Source: Eledone cirrhosa
Taxonomy: Eukaryota
Reading direction: 5' to 3'
NCBI GenBank assembly: GCA_964016885.1
Contig: OZ024744.1
Location: forward strand, 10,230,001 to 10,294,000
Length of the DNA: 64,000 nucleotides
The position numbers and the translations under genes were made by a program. The first letter of the stretch is position 1; every line of letters starts with the position of its first letter. Below, piece after piece: positions 27,962-40,763 of this stretch. The notes under the pieces were generated by a model, which saw only the letters and a program-made list of their open reading frames with translations, ran no database searches and was not told where the DNA came from.

Positions 27962-30900
27962 TTGTGCTGTTATACTCCAATATGTTGTGTTGTTGTACTC
28001 CAATATGTTGTGTTGTTATACTCCAATATGTTGTGTTGTGATACTCCAAAGTGTTGTGCTATTGTACTCCAATATGTTGTGTTGTTTTACTCCAATAGGT
28101 TGCGTTGTTGTACTCCAATCTGTTGTGTTGTTATACTCCAATATGTTGTGTTGTTATACTCCAATATGGTGTGTTGTTTTACTCCAATATGTTGTGTTGT
28201 TGCAATCCAATATGTTTGTGTTGTTTTACTCCAATATGTTGTGTTGTTATACTCAAATATGTTGTGTTGTTGTACTCCAATATGGTGTGTTGTTGTACTC
28301 CAATATGTTGTGTTGTTGTACTCCAATATGTTGTGTTGTTATACTCCAATATGTTGTGTTGGTGTACTCCAATATGTTGTGCTGTTGAACTCCAAATCTC
28401 GTGTTGTTATACTCCAATGTGTTGTGTTGTTATACTCCAATATGTTGTGTTGTTGTACTCCAATATGTTGTGTTGTTGTACTCCAATATGTTGTGTTGTT
28501 GTACTCCAATATGTTGTGTTGTTGTACTCCAATATGTCATGTTATACTCCAATATGTCATGTTGTTTTACTCCAATATGTTGTGTTGTTGCACTCCAATA
28601 TGTCGTGTTGTTGTACTCCAATATGTTGTGTTGTTGTACTGCAATATGTTGTGTTGTTATACTCCAATATGCTGTGCTGTTGTACTCCAATATGTTGTGT
28701 TGTACTCCAATATGTTGTGTTGTTGTACTCCAATATATCATGTTGTCGTACTCCAATATGTCATGTTATACTCCAATATGTCGTTGTTATACTCCAATAT
28801 GTCATGTTGCTGTACTCCAATATGTCGTGTTGTTGTACTCCAATATGTTTTGATGTTGTACTCCAATATGTTGTGTTGTTGTACTCCAATATGTTGTGTT
28901 GTTATACTCCAATATGTTGTGCTGTTGTACTCCAATATGTCAGGTTGTTGTACTCCGATATTTCGTGTTGTTCTACTCCAATATTTCATGTTGTTTTACT
29001 CCAATATGTCGTGGTGTTGTACTCCAATATGTTTTGATGTTGTACTCCAATATGTCGTGTTGTTGTACTCCAATATGTTGTGTTGTTCAACTCCAAAATG
29101 CTGTGTTGTTATACTCCTATATGTTGTGTTGTTGTACTCCAATATGTTGTGTTGTACTCCAATATGTTGTGTTGTTATACTCCACAATGTTGTGTTGTTG
29201 TACTCCAATAGGTTGTGTTGTTGTACTCCAATATCTCGTGTTGTTGTACTCCAATATGTAATGGTGTTCTACTTCAATATGTCGTATTGTTGTACTCCAA
29301 TATGTTGTATTGTTGTTCTCCAATATGTCGTGTTGTTATACTCCAATATGTTATGATGTTGTACTCCAATATATTGTGTTGTTGTACTCCAATATGTTGT
29401 GTTGTTGTATTCAATACGCTGTGTTGTTGTACTCCAATATGTTGTGTTGTTGTACTCCAATATGTAGTTGTACTCCAATATGTTGTGTTGTTGTACTCCA
29501 ATATGTTGTGTTGTTATACTCCAATATGTATTGTTGTTGTAATCCAATATGTTGTGTTGTACTCCAATATATAATGTTGTTGTACTCCAATATGTTGTGT
29601 TGTTGTACTCCGATATGTTGTGCTGTTGTACTCCAATATGTTGTGTTATTGTACTCCAATATGTTGTGTTGTTATACTCCAATACGTTATGTTGTTGTAC
29701 TCCAATATTTAGTGCTGTTATACTCCAATATGTTGTGTTGTTATACTCCAAAAAGTTGTGTTGTTTTACTCCAATATGTTGTGTTGTTATACTCCAGTAT
29801 GTTGTGTTGTTGTACTCCAATATGTTGTGCTGTTGTACTCCAATATGTCAGGTTGTTGTACTCCGATATTTCGTGTTGTTCTACTCCAATATTTCGTGTT
29901 GTTTTACTCCAATATGTCGTGGTGTTGTACTCCAATATGTTTTGATGTTGTACTCCAATATGTCGTGTTGTTGTACTCCAATATGTTGTGTTATTGTACT
30001 CCAATATGCTGTGTTGTTATACTCCTAAATGTTGTGTTGTTGTACTCCAATATGTTGTGTTGTACTCCAATATGTTGTGTTGTTACACTCCACAATGTTG
30101 TGTTGTTGTACTCCAAAATGTGATGTTGCTGTACTCCAATATGTCGTATTGTTGTACTCCAATATGTTGTGTTGTTATACTCCAATATTTCGTGTTGTTT
30201 TACTCCAATGTCATGTTGTTGTACTCCAATATTTCGTGTTGTTGTACTCTAATATGTCATGTTGTTGTACTCCAATATTTCGTGTTGTTGTACTCCAATA
30301 TGTCATGGTGTTGTACTTCAATATGTCGTATTGTTGTACTCCAGTATGTTATGATGTTGTACTCCAATATATTGTGTTGTTGTACTCCAATATGTTGTGT
30401 TGTTATACTCCAATATGTTGTGTTATTTTACTCCAATATGTTGTGTTGTTGTACTCCAATATGTTGTGTTGTTGTACTCCAATATGTTGTGTTGTTGTAA
30501 TCCAATATCTTGTGTTGTTGTACTCCAATATGTTGTGTTGTTGTTCTCCAATATGTTGTGTTGTTATACTCCAATATGTTGTGTTGTGATACTCCAATAT
30601 GTTGTGCTGTTGTACTCCAATATGTGTTGTTGTTGTACTCCAATATGTTGCGTTGCTGTACTCCAATATATCATGTTGTCGTACTCCAATATGTCATGTT
30701 ATACTCCAATATGTTTTGATGCTGTACTCCAATATGTCGTGTTGTTGTACTACAATATCTTGTGTTGTTGTACTCCAATATGTTGTTTTTTGTACTCCAA
30801 TATGTCATGTTGTTGTACTCCAGTATGTCTTGTTATACTCCAATATGTCGTGCTGCTGTACTCCAATATGTCATGATGTTGTACTCCAATATGTTTTGCT

Positions 30901-31327
30901 GTTGTACTCCAATATGTTGTGTTGCTGTACTCCAATATGTTGTGTTGTTGTACTCCAATATGTTGTGTTGTTGTAATCCAATATCTTGTGTTGTTATACT
31001 CCAATATGTTGTGTTGTTATACTCCAATATGTTGTGTTGTGATACTCCAATATGTTGTGCTGTTGTACTCCAATATGTTGAGTTGTTATACTCCAATATG
31101 TAGTGTTGTTATACTCCAATATGTTGTGTTGTTGTACTCCAATCTGTTGTGTTATACTCCAATATTTTGTGTTGTTATACTGCAATATGTTGTGTTGTTA
31201 TACTCCAATATGTTGTGTTGTTATACTCCAAGATGTTGTGCTGTGATACTCTAATATGTTGTGTTTTTGTACTCCAATATGTTGTGTTGTTGTACTCCAA
31301 TATGTTGTGTTGTTGTAATCCAATATC
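27962..31327 (+). repeat. HOR type B, copy 1 (3,366 bp)
   Basis: Lacks 115 bp near 29,225 and the 1,283-bp terminal sub-block; carries the diagnostic GTTATTGTACTCCAATATGCT at ~29,990. Confidence 0.9.
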
Positions 31328-34300
31328 TTGTGCTGTTATACTCCAATATGTTGTGTTGTTGTACTCCAATATGTTGTGTTGTTATACTCCAATATGTTGT
31401 GTTGTGATACTCCAAAGTGTTGTGCTGTTGTACTCCAATATGTTGTGTTGTTTTACTCCAATAGGTTGCGTTGTTGTACTCCAATCTGTTGTGTTGTTAT
31501 ACTCCAATATGTTGTGTTGTTATACTCCAATATGGTGTGTTGTTTTACTCCAATATGTTGTGTTGTTGCAATCCAATATGTTTGTGTTGTTTTACTCCAA
31601 TATGTTGTGTTGTTATACTCAAATATGTTGTGTTGTTGTACTCCAATATGGTGTGTTGTTGTACTCCAATATGTTGTGTTGTTGTACTCCAATATGTTGT
31701 GTTGTTATACTCCAATATGTTGTGTTGGTGTACTCCAATATGTTGTGCTGTTGAACTCCAAATCTCGTGTTGTTATACTCCAATGTGTTGTGTTGTTATA
31801 CTCCAATATGTTGTGTTGTTGTACTCCAATATGTTGTGTTGTTGTACTCCAATATGTTGTGTTGTTGTACTCCAATATGTTGTGTTGTTGTACTCCAATA
31901 TGTCATGTTATACTCCAATATGTCATGTTGTTTTACTCCAATATGTTGTGTTGTTGCACTCCAATATGTCGTGTTGTTGTACTCCAATATGTTGTGTTGT
32001 TGTACTGCAATATGTTGTGTTGTTATACTCCAATATGCTGTGCTGTTGTACTCCAATATGTTGTGTTGTACTCCAATATGTTGTGTTGTTGTACTCCAAT
32101 ATATCATGTTGTCGTACTCCAATATGTCATGTTATACTCCAATATGTCGTTGTTATACTCCAATATGTCATGTTGCTGTACTCCAATATGTCGTGTTGTT
32201 GTACTCCAATATGTTTTGATGTTGTACTCCAATATGTTGTGTTGTTGTACTCCAATATGTTGTGTTGTTATACTCCAATATGTTGTGCTGTTGTACTCCA
32301 ATATGTCAGGTTGTTGTACTCCGATATTTCGTGTTGTTCTACTCCAATATTTCATGTTGTTTTACTCCAATATGTCGTGGTGTTGTACTCCAATATGTTT
32401 TGATGTTGTACTCCAATATGTCGTGTTGTTGTACTCCAATATGTTGTGTTGTTCAACTCCAAAATGCTGTGTTGTTATACTCCTATATGTTGTGTTGTTG
32501 TACTCCAATATGTTGTGTTGTACTCCAATATGTTGTGTTGTTATACTCCACAATGTTGTGTTGTTGTACTCCAATAGGTTGTGTTGTTGTACTCCAATAT
32601 CTCGTGTTGTTGTACTCCAATATGTAATGGTGTTCTACTTCAATATGTCGTATTGTTGTACTCCAATATGTTGTATTGTTGTTCTCCAATATGTCGTGTT
32701 GTTATACTCCAATATGTTATGATGTTGTACTCCAATATATTGTGTTGTTGTACTCCAATATGTTGTGTTGTTGTATTCAATACGCTGTGTTGTTGTACTC
32801 CAATATGTTGTGTTGTTGTACTCCAATATGTAGTTGTACTCCAATATGTTGTGTTGTTGTACTCCAATATGTTGTGTTGTTATACTCCAATATGTATTGT
32901 TGTTGTAATCCAATATGTTGTGTTGTACTCCAATATATAATGTTGTTGTACTCCAATATGTTGTGTTGTTGTACTCCGATATGTTGTGCTGTTGTACTCC
33001 AATATGTTGTGTTATTGTACTCCAATATGTTGTGTTGTTGTACTCCAATACGTTATGTTGTTGTACTCCAATATTTAGTGCTGTTATACTCCAATATGTT
33101 GTGTTGTTATACTCCAAAAAGTTGTGTTGTTTTACTCCAATATGTTGTGTTGTTATACTCCAGTATGTTGTGTTGTTGTACTCCAATATGTTGTGCTGTT
33201 GTACTCCAATATGTCAGGTTGTTGTACTCCGATATTTCGTGTTGTTCTACTCCAATATTTCGTGTTGTTTTACTCCAATATGTCGTGGTGTTGTACTCCA
33301 ATATGTTTTGATGTTGTACTCCAATATGTCGTGTTGTTGTACTCCAATATGTTGTGTTGTTGAACTCCAATATGCTGTGTTGTTATACTCCTAAATGTTG
33401 TGTTGTTGTACTCCAATATGTTGTGTTGTACTCCAATATGTTGTGTTGTTACACTCCACAATGTTGTGTTGTTGTACTCCAAAATGTGATGTTGCTGTAC
33501 TCCAATATGTCGTATTGTTGTACTCCAATATGTTGTGTTGTTATACTCCAATATTTCGTGTTGTTTTACTCCAATGTCATGTTGTTGTACTCCAATATTT
33601 CGTGTTGTTGTACTCTAATATGTCATGTTGTTGTACTCCAATATTTCGTGTTGTTGTACTCCAATATGTCATGGTGTTGTACTTCAATATGTCGTATTGT
33701 TGTACTCCAGTATGTTATGATGTTGTACTCCAATATATTGTGTTGTTGTACTCCAATATGTTGTGTTGTTATACTCCAATATGTTGTGTTATTTTACTCC
33801 AATATGTTGTGTTGTTGTACTCCAATATGTTGTGTTGTTGTACTCCAATATGTTGTGTTGTTGTAATCCAATATCTTGTGTTGTTGTACTCCAATATGTT
33901 GTGTTGTTGTTCTCCAATATGTTGTGTTGTTATACTCCAATATGTTGTGTTGTGATACTCCAATATGTTGTGCTGTTGTACTCCAATATGTGTTGTTGTT
34001 GTACTCCAATATGTTGCGTTGCTGTACTCCAATATATCATGTTGTCGTACTCCAATATGTCATGTTATACTCCAATATGTTTTGATGTTATACTCCAATA
34101 TGTTTTGATGCTGTACTCCAATATGTCGTGTTGTTGTACTACAATATCTTGTGTTGTTGTACTCCAATATGTTGTTTTTTGTACTCCAATATGTCATGTT
34201 GTTGTACTCCAGTATGTCTTGTTATACTCCAATATGTCGTGCTGCTGTACTCCAATATGTCATGATGTTGTACTCCAATATGTTTTGCTGTTGTACTCCA

Positions 34301-35999
34301 ATATGTTGTGTTGCTGTACTCCAATATGTTGTGTTGTTGTACTCCAATATGTTGTGTTGTTGTAATCCAATATCTTGTGTTGTTATACTCCAATATGTTG
34401 TGTTGTTATACTCCAATATGTTGTGTTGTGATACTCCAATATGTTGTGCTGTTGTACTCCAATATGTTGAGTTGTTATACTCCAATATGTAGTGTTGTTA
34501 TACTCCAATATGTTGTGTTGTTGTACTCCAATCTGTTGTGTTATACTCCAATATTTTGTGTTGTTATACTGCAATATGTTGTGTTGTTATACTCCAATAT
34601 GTTGTGTTGTTATACTCCAAGATGTTGTGCTGTGATACTCTAATATGTTGTGTTTTTGTACTCCAATATGTTGTGTTGTACTCCAATATGTTGTGTTGTT
34701 ATACTCCAATATGCTGTGCTGTTGTACTCCAATATGTTGTGTTGTACTCCAATATGTTGTGTTGTTGTACTCCAATATATCATGTTGTCGTACTCCAATA
34801 TGTCATGTTATACTCCAATATGTCGTTGTTATACTCCAATATGTCATGTTGCTGTACTCCAATATGTCGTGTTGTTGTACTCCAATATGTTTTGATGTTG
34901 TACTCCAATATGTTGTGTTGTTGTACTCCAATATGTTGTGTTGTTATACTCCAATATGTTGTGCTGTTGTACTCCAATATGTCAGGTTGTTGTACTCCGA
35001 TATTTCGTGTTGTTCTACTCCAATATTTCATGTTGTTTTACTCCAATATGTCGTGGTGTTGTACTCCAATATGTTTTGATGTTGTACTCCAATATGTCGT
35101 GTTGTTGTACTCCAATATGTTGTGTTGTTGAACTCCAATATGCTGTGTTGTTATACTCCTATATGTTGTGTTGTTGTACTCCAATATGTTGTGTTGTACT
35201 CCAATATGTTGTGTTGTTATACTCCACAATGTTGTGTTGTTGTACTCCAATAGGTTATGTTGTTGTACTCCAATATGTGATGTTGTTGTACTCCAATATG
35301 TTGTGTTGCTGTACTCCAATATGTTGTGTTGTTGTTCTCCAATATGTCGTGTTGTTATACTCCAATATGTTGTGTTATGATACTCCAATATGTTGTGCTG
35401 TTGTACTCCAATATGTTGTGTTGTTGTACTCCAATATGTTGTGTTGTTATACTCCAATATGTTGTGTTGTTATACTCCAATATGTAGTGTTGTTATACTC
35501 CAATATGTTGTGTTGTTGTACTCCAATCTGTTGTGCTGCTGTACTCCAATATATTGTGTTATACTCCAATATGTTGTGTTGTTGTACTCCAATATGTTGT
35601 GTTGTTGTAATCCAAAATGTTGTGTTGTTATACTCCAATATGTTGTGTTGTAATACTCCAATATGTTGTGCTCCAATATGTTGTGTTATACTCCAATGTG
35701 TTGTGTTCTTGTACTCCAATATGAAGTGTTGTAATACTCCAATATGTAGTGCTGTTGTTATACTCCAATATGTTGTGTTATAATCCAATGTGTTGTGTTG
35801 TTGTACTCCAATCTGTTGTGTTGTTATACTCCAATCTGTTGTGTTGTTATACTGCAATATGTTGTGTTGTTATACTCCAATATGTTGTGTTGTTATACTC
35901 CAAGATGTTGTGCTGTGATACTCTAATATGTTGTGTTTTTGTACTCCAATATGTTGTGTTGTTGTACTCCAATATGCTGTGTTGTTGTAATCCAATATC
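31328..35999 (+). repeat. HOR type C, copy 1 (4,672 bp = 4,649 + 23)
   Basis: Has the 115-bp deletion, the GCTGTTG allele at ~31,424 and one extra monomer at ~34,080. Confidence 0.9.
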
Positions 36000-38900
36000 T
36001 TGTGCTGTTATACTCCAATATGTTGTGTTGTTGTACTCCAATATGTTGTGTTGTTATACTCCAATATGTTGTGTTGTGATACTCCAAAGTGTTGTGCTAT
36101 TGTACTCCAATATGTTGTGTTGTTTTACTCCAATAGGTTGCGTTGTTGTACTCCAATCTGTTGTGTTGTTATACTCCAATATGTTGTGTTGTTATACTCC
36201 AATATGGTGTGTTGTTTTACTCCAATATGTTGTGTTGTTGCAATCCAATATGTTTGTGTTGTTTTACTCCAATATGTTGTGTTGTTATACTCAAATATGT
36301 TGTGTTGTTGTACTCCAATATGGTGTGTTGTTGTACTCCAATATGTTGTGTTGTTGTACTCCAATATGTTGTGTTGTTATACTCCAATATGTTGTGTTGG
36401 TGTACTCCAATATGTTGTGCTGTTGAATTCCAAATCTCGTGTTGTTATACTCCAATGTGTTGTGTTGTTATACTCCAATATGTTGTGTTGTTGTACTCCA
36501 ATATGTTGTGTTGTTGTACTCCAATATGTTGTGTTGTTGTACTCCAATATGTTGTGTTGTTGTACTCCAATATGTCATGTTATACTCCAATATGTCATGT
36601 TGTTTTACTCCAATATGTTGTGTTGTTGCACTCCAATATGTCGTGTTGTTGTACTCCAATATGTTGTGTTGTTGTACTGCAATATGTTGTGTTGTTATAC
36701 TCCAATATGCTGTGCTGTTGTACTCCAATATGTTGTGTTGTACTCCAATATGTTGTGTTGTTGTACTCCAATATATCATGTTGTCGTACTCCAATATGTC
36801 ATGTTATACTCCAATATGTCGTTGTTATACTCCAATATGTCATGTTGCTGTACTCCAATATGTCGTGTTGTTGTACTCCAATATGTTTTGATGTTGTACT
36901 CCAATATGTTGTGTTGTTGTACTCCAATATGTTGTGTTGTTATACTCCAATATGTTGTGCTGTTGTACTCCAATATGTCAGGTTGTTGTACTCCGATATT
37001 TCGTGTTGTTCTACTCCAATATTTCATGTTGTTTTACTCCAATATGTCGTGGTGTTGTACTCCAATATGTTTTGATGTTGTACTCCAATATGTCGTGTTG
37101 TTGTACTCCAATATGTTGTGTTGTTCAACTCCAAAATGCTGTGTTGTTATACTCCTATATGTTGTGTTGTTGTACTCCAATATGTTGTGTTGTACTCCAA
37201 TATGTTGTGTTGTTATACTCCACAATGTTGTGTTGTTGTACTCCAATAGGTTGTGTTGTTGTACTCCAATATGTGATGTTGTTGTACTCCAATATGTCGT
37301 ATTGTTGTACTCCAATATGTTGTGTTGTTATACTCCAATATTTCGTGTTGTTTTACTCCAATATGTCATGTTGTTGTACTCCAATATCTCGTGTTGTTGT
37401 ACTCCAATATGTAATGGTGTTCTACTTCAATATGTCGTATTGTTGTACTCCAATATGTTGTATTGTTGTTCTCCAATATGTCGTGTTGTTATACTCCAAT
37501 ATGTTATGATGTTGTACTCCAATATATTGTGTTGTTGTACTCCAATATGTTGTGTTGTTGTATTCAATACGCTGTGTTGTTGTACTCCAATATGTTGTGT
37601 TGTTGTACTCCAATATGTAGTTGTACTCCAATATGTTGTGTTGTTGTACTCCAATATGTTGTGTTGTTATACTCCAATATGTATTGTTGTTGTAATCCAA
37701 TATGTTGTGTTGTACTCCAATATATAATGTTGTTGTACTCCAATATGTTGTGTTGTTGTACTCCGATATGTTGTGCTGTTGTACTCCAATATGTTGTGTT
37801 ATTGTACTCCAATATGTTGTGTTGTTGTACTCCAATACGTTATGTTGTTGTACTCCAATATTTAGTGCTGTTATACTCCAATATGTTGTGTTGTTATACT
37901 CCAAAAAGTTGTGTTGTTTTACTCCAATATGTTGTGTTGTTATACTCCAGTATGTTGTGTTGTTGTACTCCAATATGTTGTGCTGTTGTACTCCAATATG
38001 TCAGGTTGTTGTACTCCGATATTTCGTGTTGTTCTACTCCAATATTTCGTGTTGTTTTACTCCAATATGTCGTGGTGTTGTACTCCAATATGTTTTGATG
38101 TTGTACTCCAATATGTCGTGTTGTTGTACTCCAATATGTTGTGTTGTTGAACTCCAATATGCTGTGTTGTTATACTCCTAAATGTTGTGTTGTTGTACTC
38201 CAATATGTTGTGTTGTACTCCAATATGTTGTGTTGTTACACTCCACAATGTTGTGTTGTTGTACTCCAAAATGTGATGTTGCTGTACTCCAATATGTCGT
38301 ATTGTTGTACTCCAATATGTTGTGTTGTTATACTCCAATATTTCGTGTTGTTTTACTCCAATGTCATGTTGTTGTACTCCAATATTTCGTGTTGTTGTAC
38401 TCTAATATGTCATGTTGTTGTACTCCAATATTTCGTGTTGTTGTACTCCAATATGTCATGGTGTTGTACTTCAATATGTCGTATTGTTGTACTCCAGTAT
38501 GTTATGATGTTGTACTCCAATATATTGTGTTGTTGTACTCCAATATGTTGTGTTGTTATACTCCAATATGTTGTGTTATTTTACTCCAATATGTTGTGTT
38601 GTTGTACTCCAATATGTTGTGTTGTTGTACTCCAATATGTTGTGTTGTTGTAATCCAATATCTTGTGTTGTTGTACTCCAATATGTTGTGTTGTTGTTCT
38701 CCAATATGTTGTGTTGTTATACTCCAATATGTTGTGTTGTGATACTCCAATATGTTGTGCTGTTGTACTCCAATATGTGTTGTTGTTGTACTCCAATATG
38801 TTGCGTTGCTGTACTCCAATATATCATGTTGTCGTACTCCAATATGTCATGTTATACTCCAATATGTTTTGATGCTGTACTCCAATATGTCGTGTTGTTG

Positions 38901-40763
38901 TACTACAATATCTTGTGTTGTTGTACTCCAATATGTTGTTTTTTGTACTCCAATATGTCATGTTGTTGTACTCCAGTATGTCTTGTTATACTCCAATATG
39001 TCGTGCTGCTGTACTCCAATATGTCATGATGTTGTACTCCAATATGTTTTGCTGTTGTACTCCAATATGTTGTGTTGCTGTACTCCAATATGTTGTGTTG
39101 TTGTACTCCAATATGTTGTGTTGTTGTAATCCAATATCTTGTGTTGTTATACTCCAATATGTTGTGTTGTTATACTCCAATATGTTGTGTTGTGATACTC
39201 CAATATGTTGTGCTGTTGTACTCCAATATGTTGAGTTGTTATACTCCAATATGTAGTGTTGTTATACTCCAATATGTTGTGTTGTTGTACTCCAATCTGT
39301 TGTGTTATACTCCAATATTTTGTGTTGTTATACTGCAATATGTTGTGTTGTTATACTCCAATATGTTGTGTTGTTATACTCCAAGATGTTGTGCTGTGAT
39401 ACTCTAATATGTTGTGTTTTTGTACTCCAATATGTTGTGTTGTACTCCAATATGTTGTGTTGTTATACTCCAATATGCTGTGCTGTTGTACTCCAATATG
39501 TTGTGTTGTACTCCAATATGTTGTGTTGTTGTACTCCAATATATCATGTTGTCGTACTCCAATATGTCATGTTATACTCCAATATGTCGTTGTTATACTC
39601 CAATATGTCATGTTGCTGTACTCCAATATGTCGTGTTGTTGTACTCCAATATGTTTTGATGTTGTACTCCAATATGTTGTGTTGTTGTACTCCAATATGT
39701 TGTGTTGTTATACTCCAATATGTTGTGCTGTTGTACTCCAATATGTCAGGTTGTTGTACTCCGATATTTCGTGTTGTTCTACTCCAATATTTCATGTTGT
39801 TTTACTCCAATATGTCGTGGTGTTGTACTCCAATATGTTTTGATGTTGTACTCCAATATGTCGTGTTGTTGTACTCCAATATGTTGTGTTGTTGAACTCC
39901 AATATGCTGTGTTGTTATACTCCTATATGTTGTGTTGTTGTACTCCAATATGTTGTGTTGTACTCCAATATGTTGTGTTGTTATACTCCACAATGTTGTG
40001 TTGTTGTACTCCAATAGGTTATGTTGTTGTACTCCAATATGTGATGTTGTTGTACTCCAATATGTTGTGTTGCTGTACTCCAATATGTTGTGTTGTTGTT
40101 CTCCAATATGTCGTGTTGTTATACTCCAATATGTTGTGTTATGATACTCCAATATGTTGTGCTGTTGTACTCCAATATGTTGTGTTGTTGTACTCCAATA
40201 TGTTGTGTTGTTATACTCCAATATGTTGTGTTGTTATACTCCAATATGTAGTGTTGTTATACTCCAATATGTTGTGTTGTTGTACTCCAATCTGTTGTGC
40301 TGCTGTACTCCAATATATTGTGTTATACTCCAATATGTTGTGTTGTTGTACTCCAATATGTTGTGTTGTTGTAATCCAAAATGTTGTGTTGTTATACTCC
40401 AATATGTTGTGTTGTAATACTCCAATATGTTGTGCTCCAATATGTTGTGTTATACTCCAATGTGTTGTGTTCTTGTACTCCAATATGAAGTGTTGTAATA
40501 CTCCAATATGTAGTGCTGTTGTTATACTCCAATATGTTGTGTTATAATCCAATGTGTTGTGTTGTTGTACTCCAATCTGTTGTGTTGTTATACTCCAATC
40601 TGTTGTGTTGTTATACTGCAATATGTTGTGTTGTTATACTCCAATATGTTGTGTTGTTATACTCCAAGATGTTGTGCTGTGATACTCTAATATGTTGTGT
40701 TTTTGTACTCCAATATGTTGTGTTGTTGTACTCCAATATGCTGTGTTGTTGTAATCCAATATC
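36000..40763 (+). repeat. HOR type A, copy 2 (4,764 bp)
   Basis: 575-codon ORF form; 12,802 bp from A1. Confidence 0.9.
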
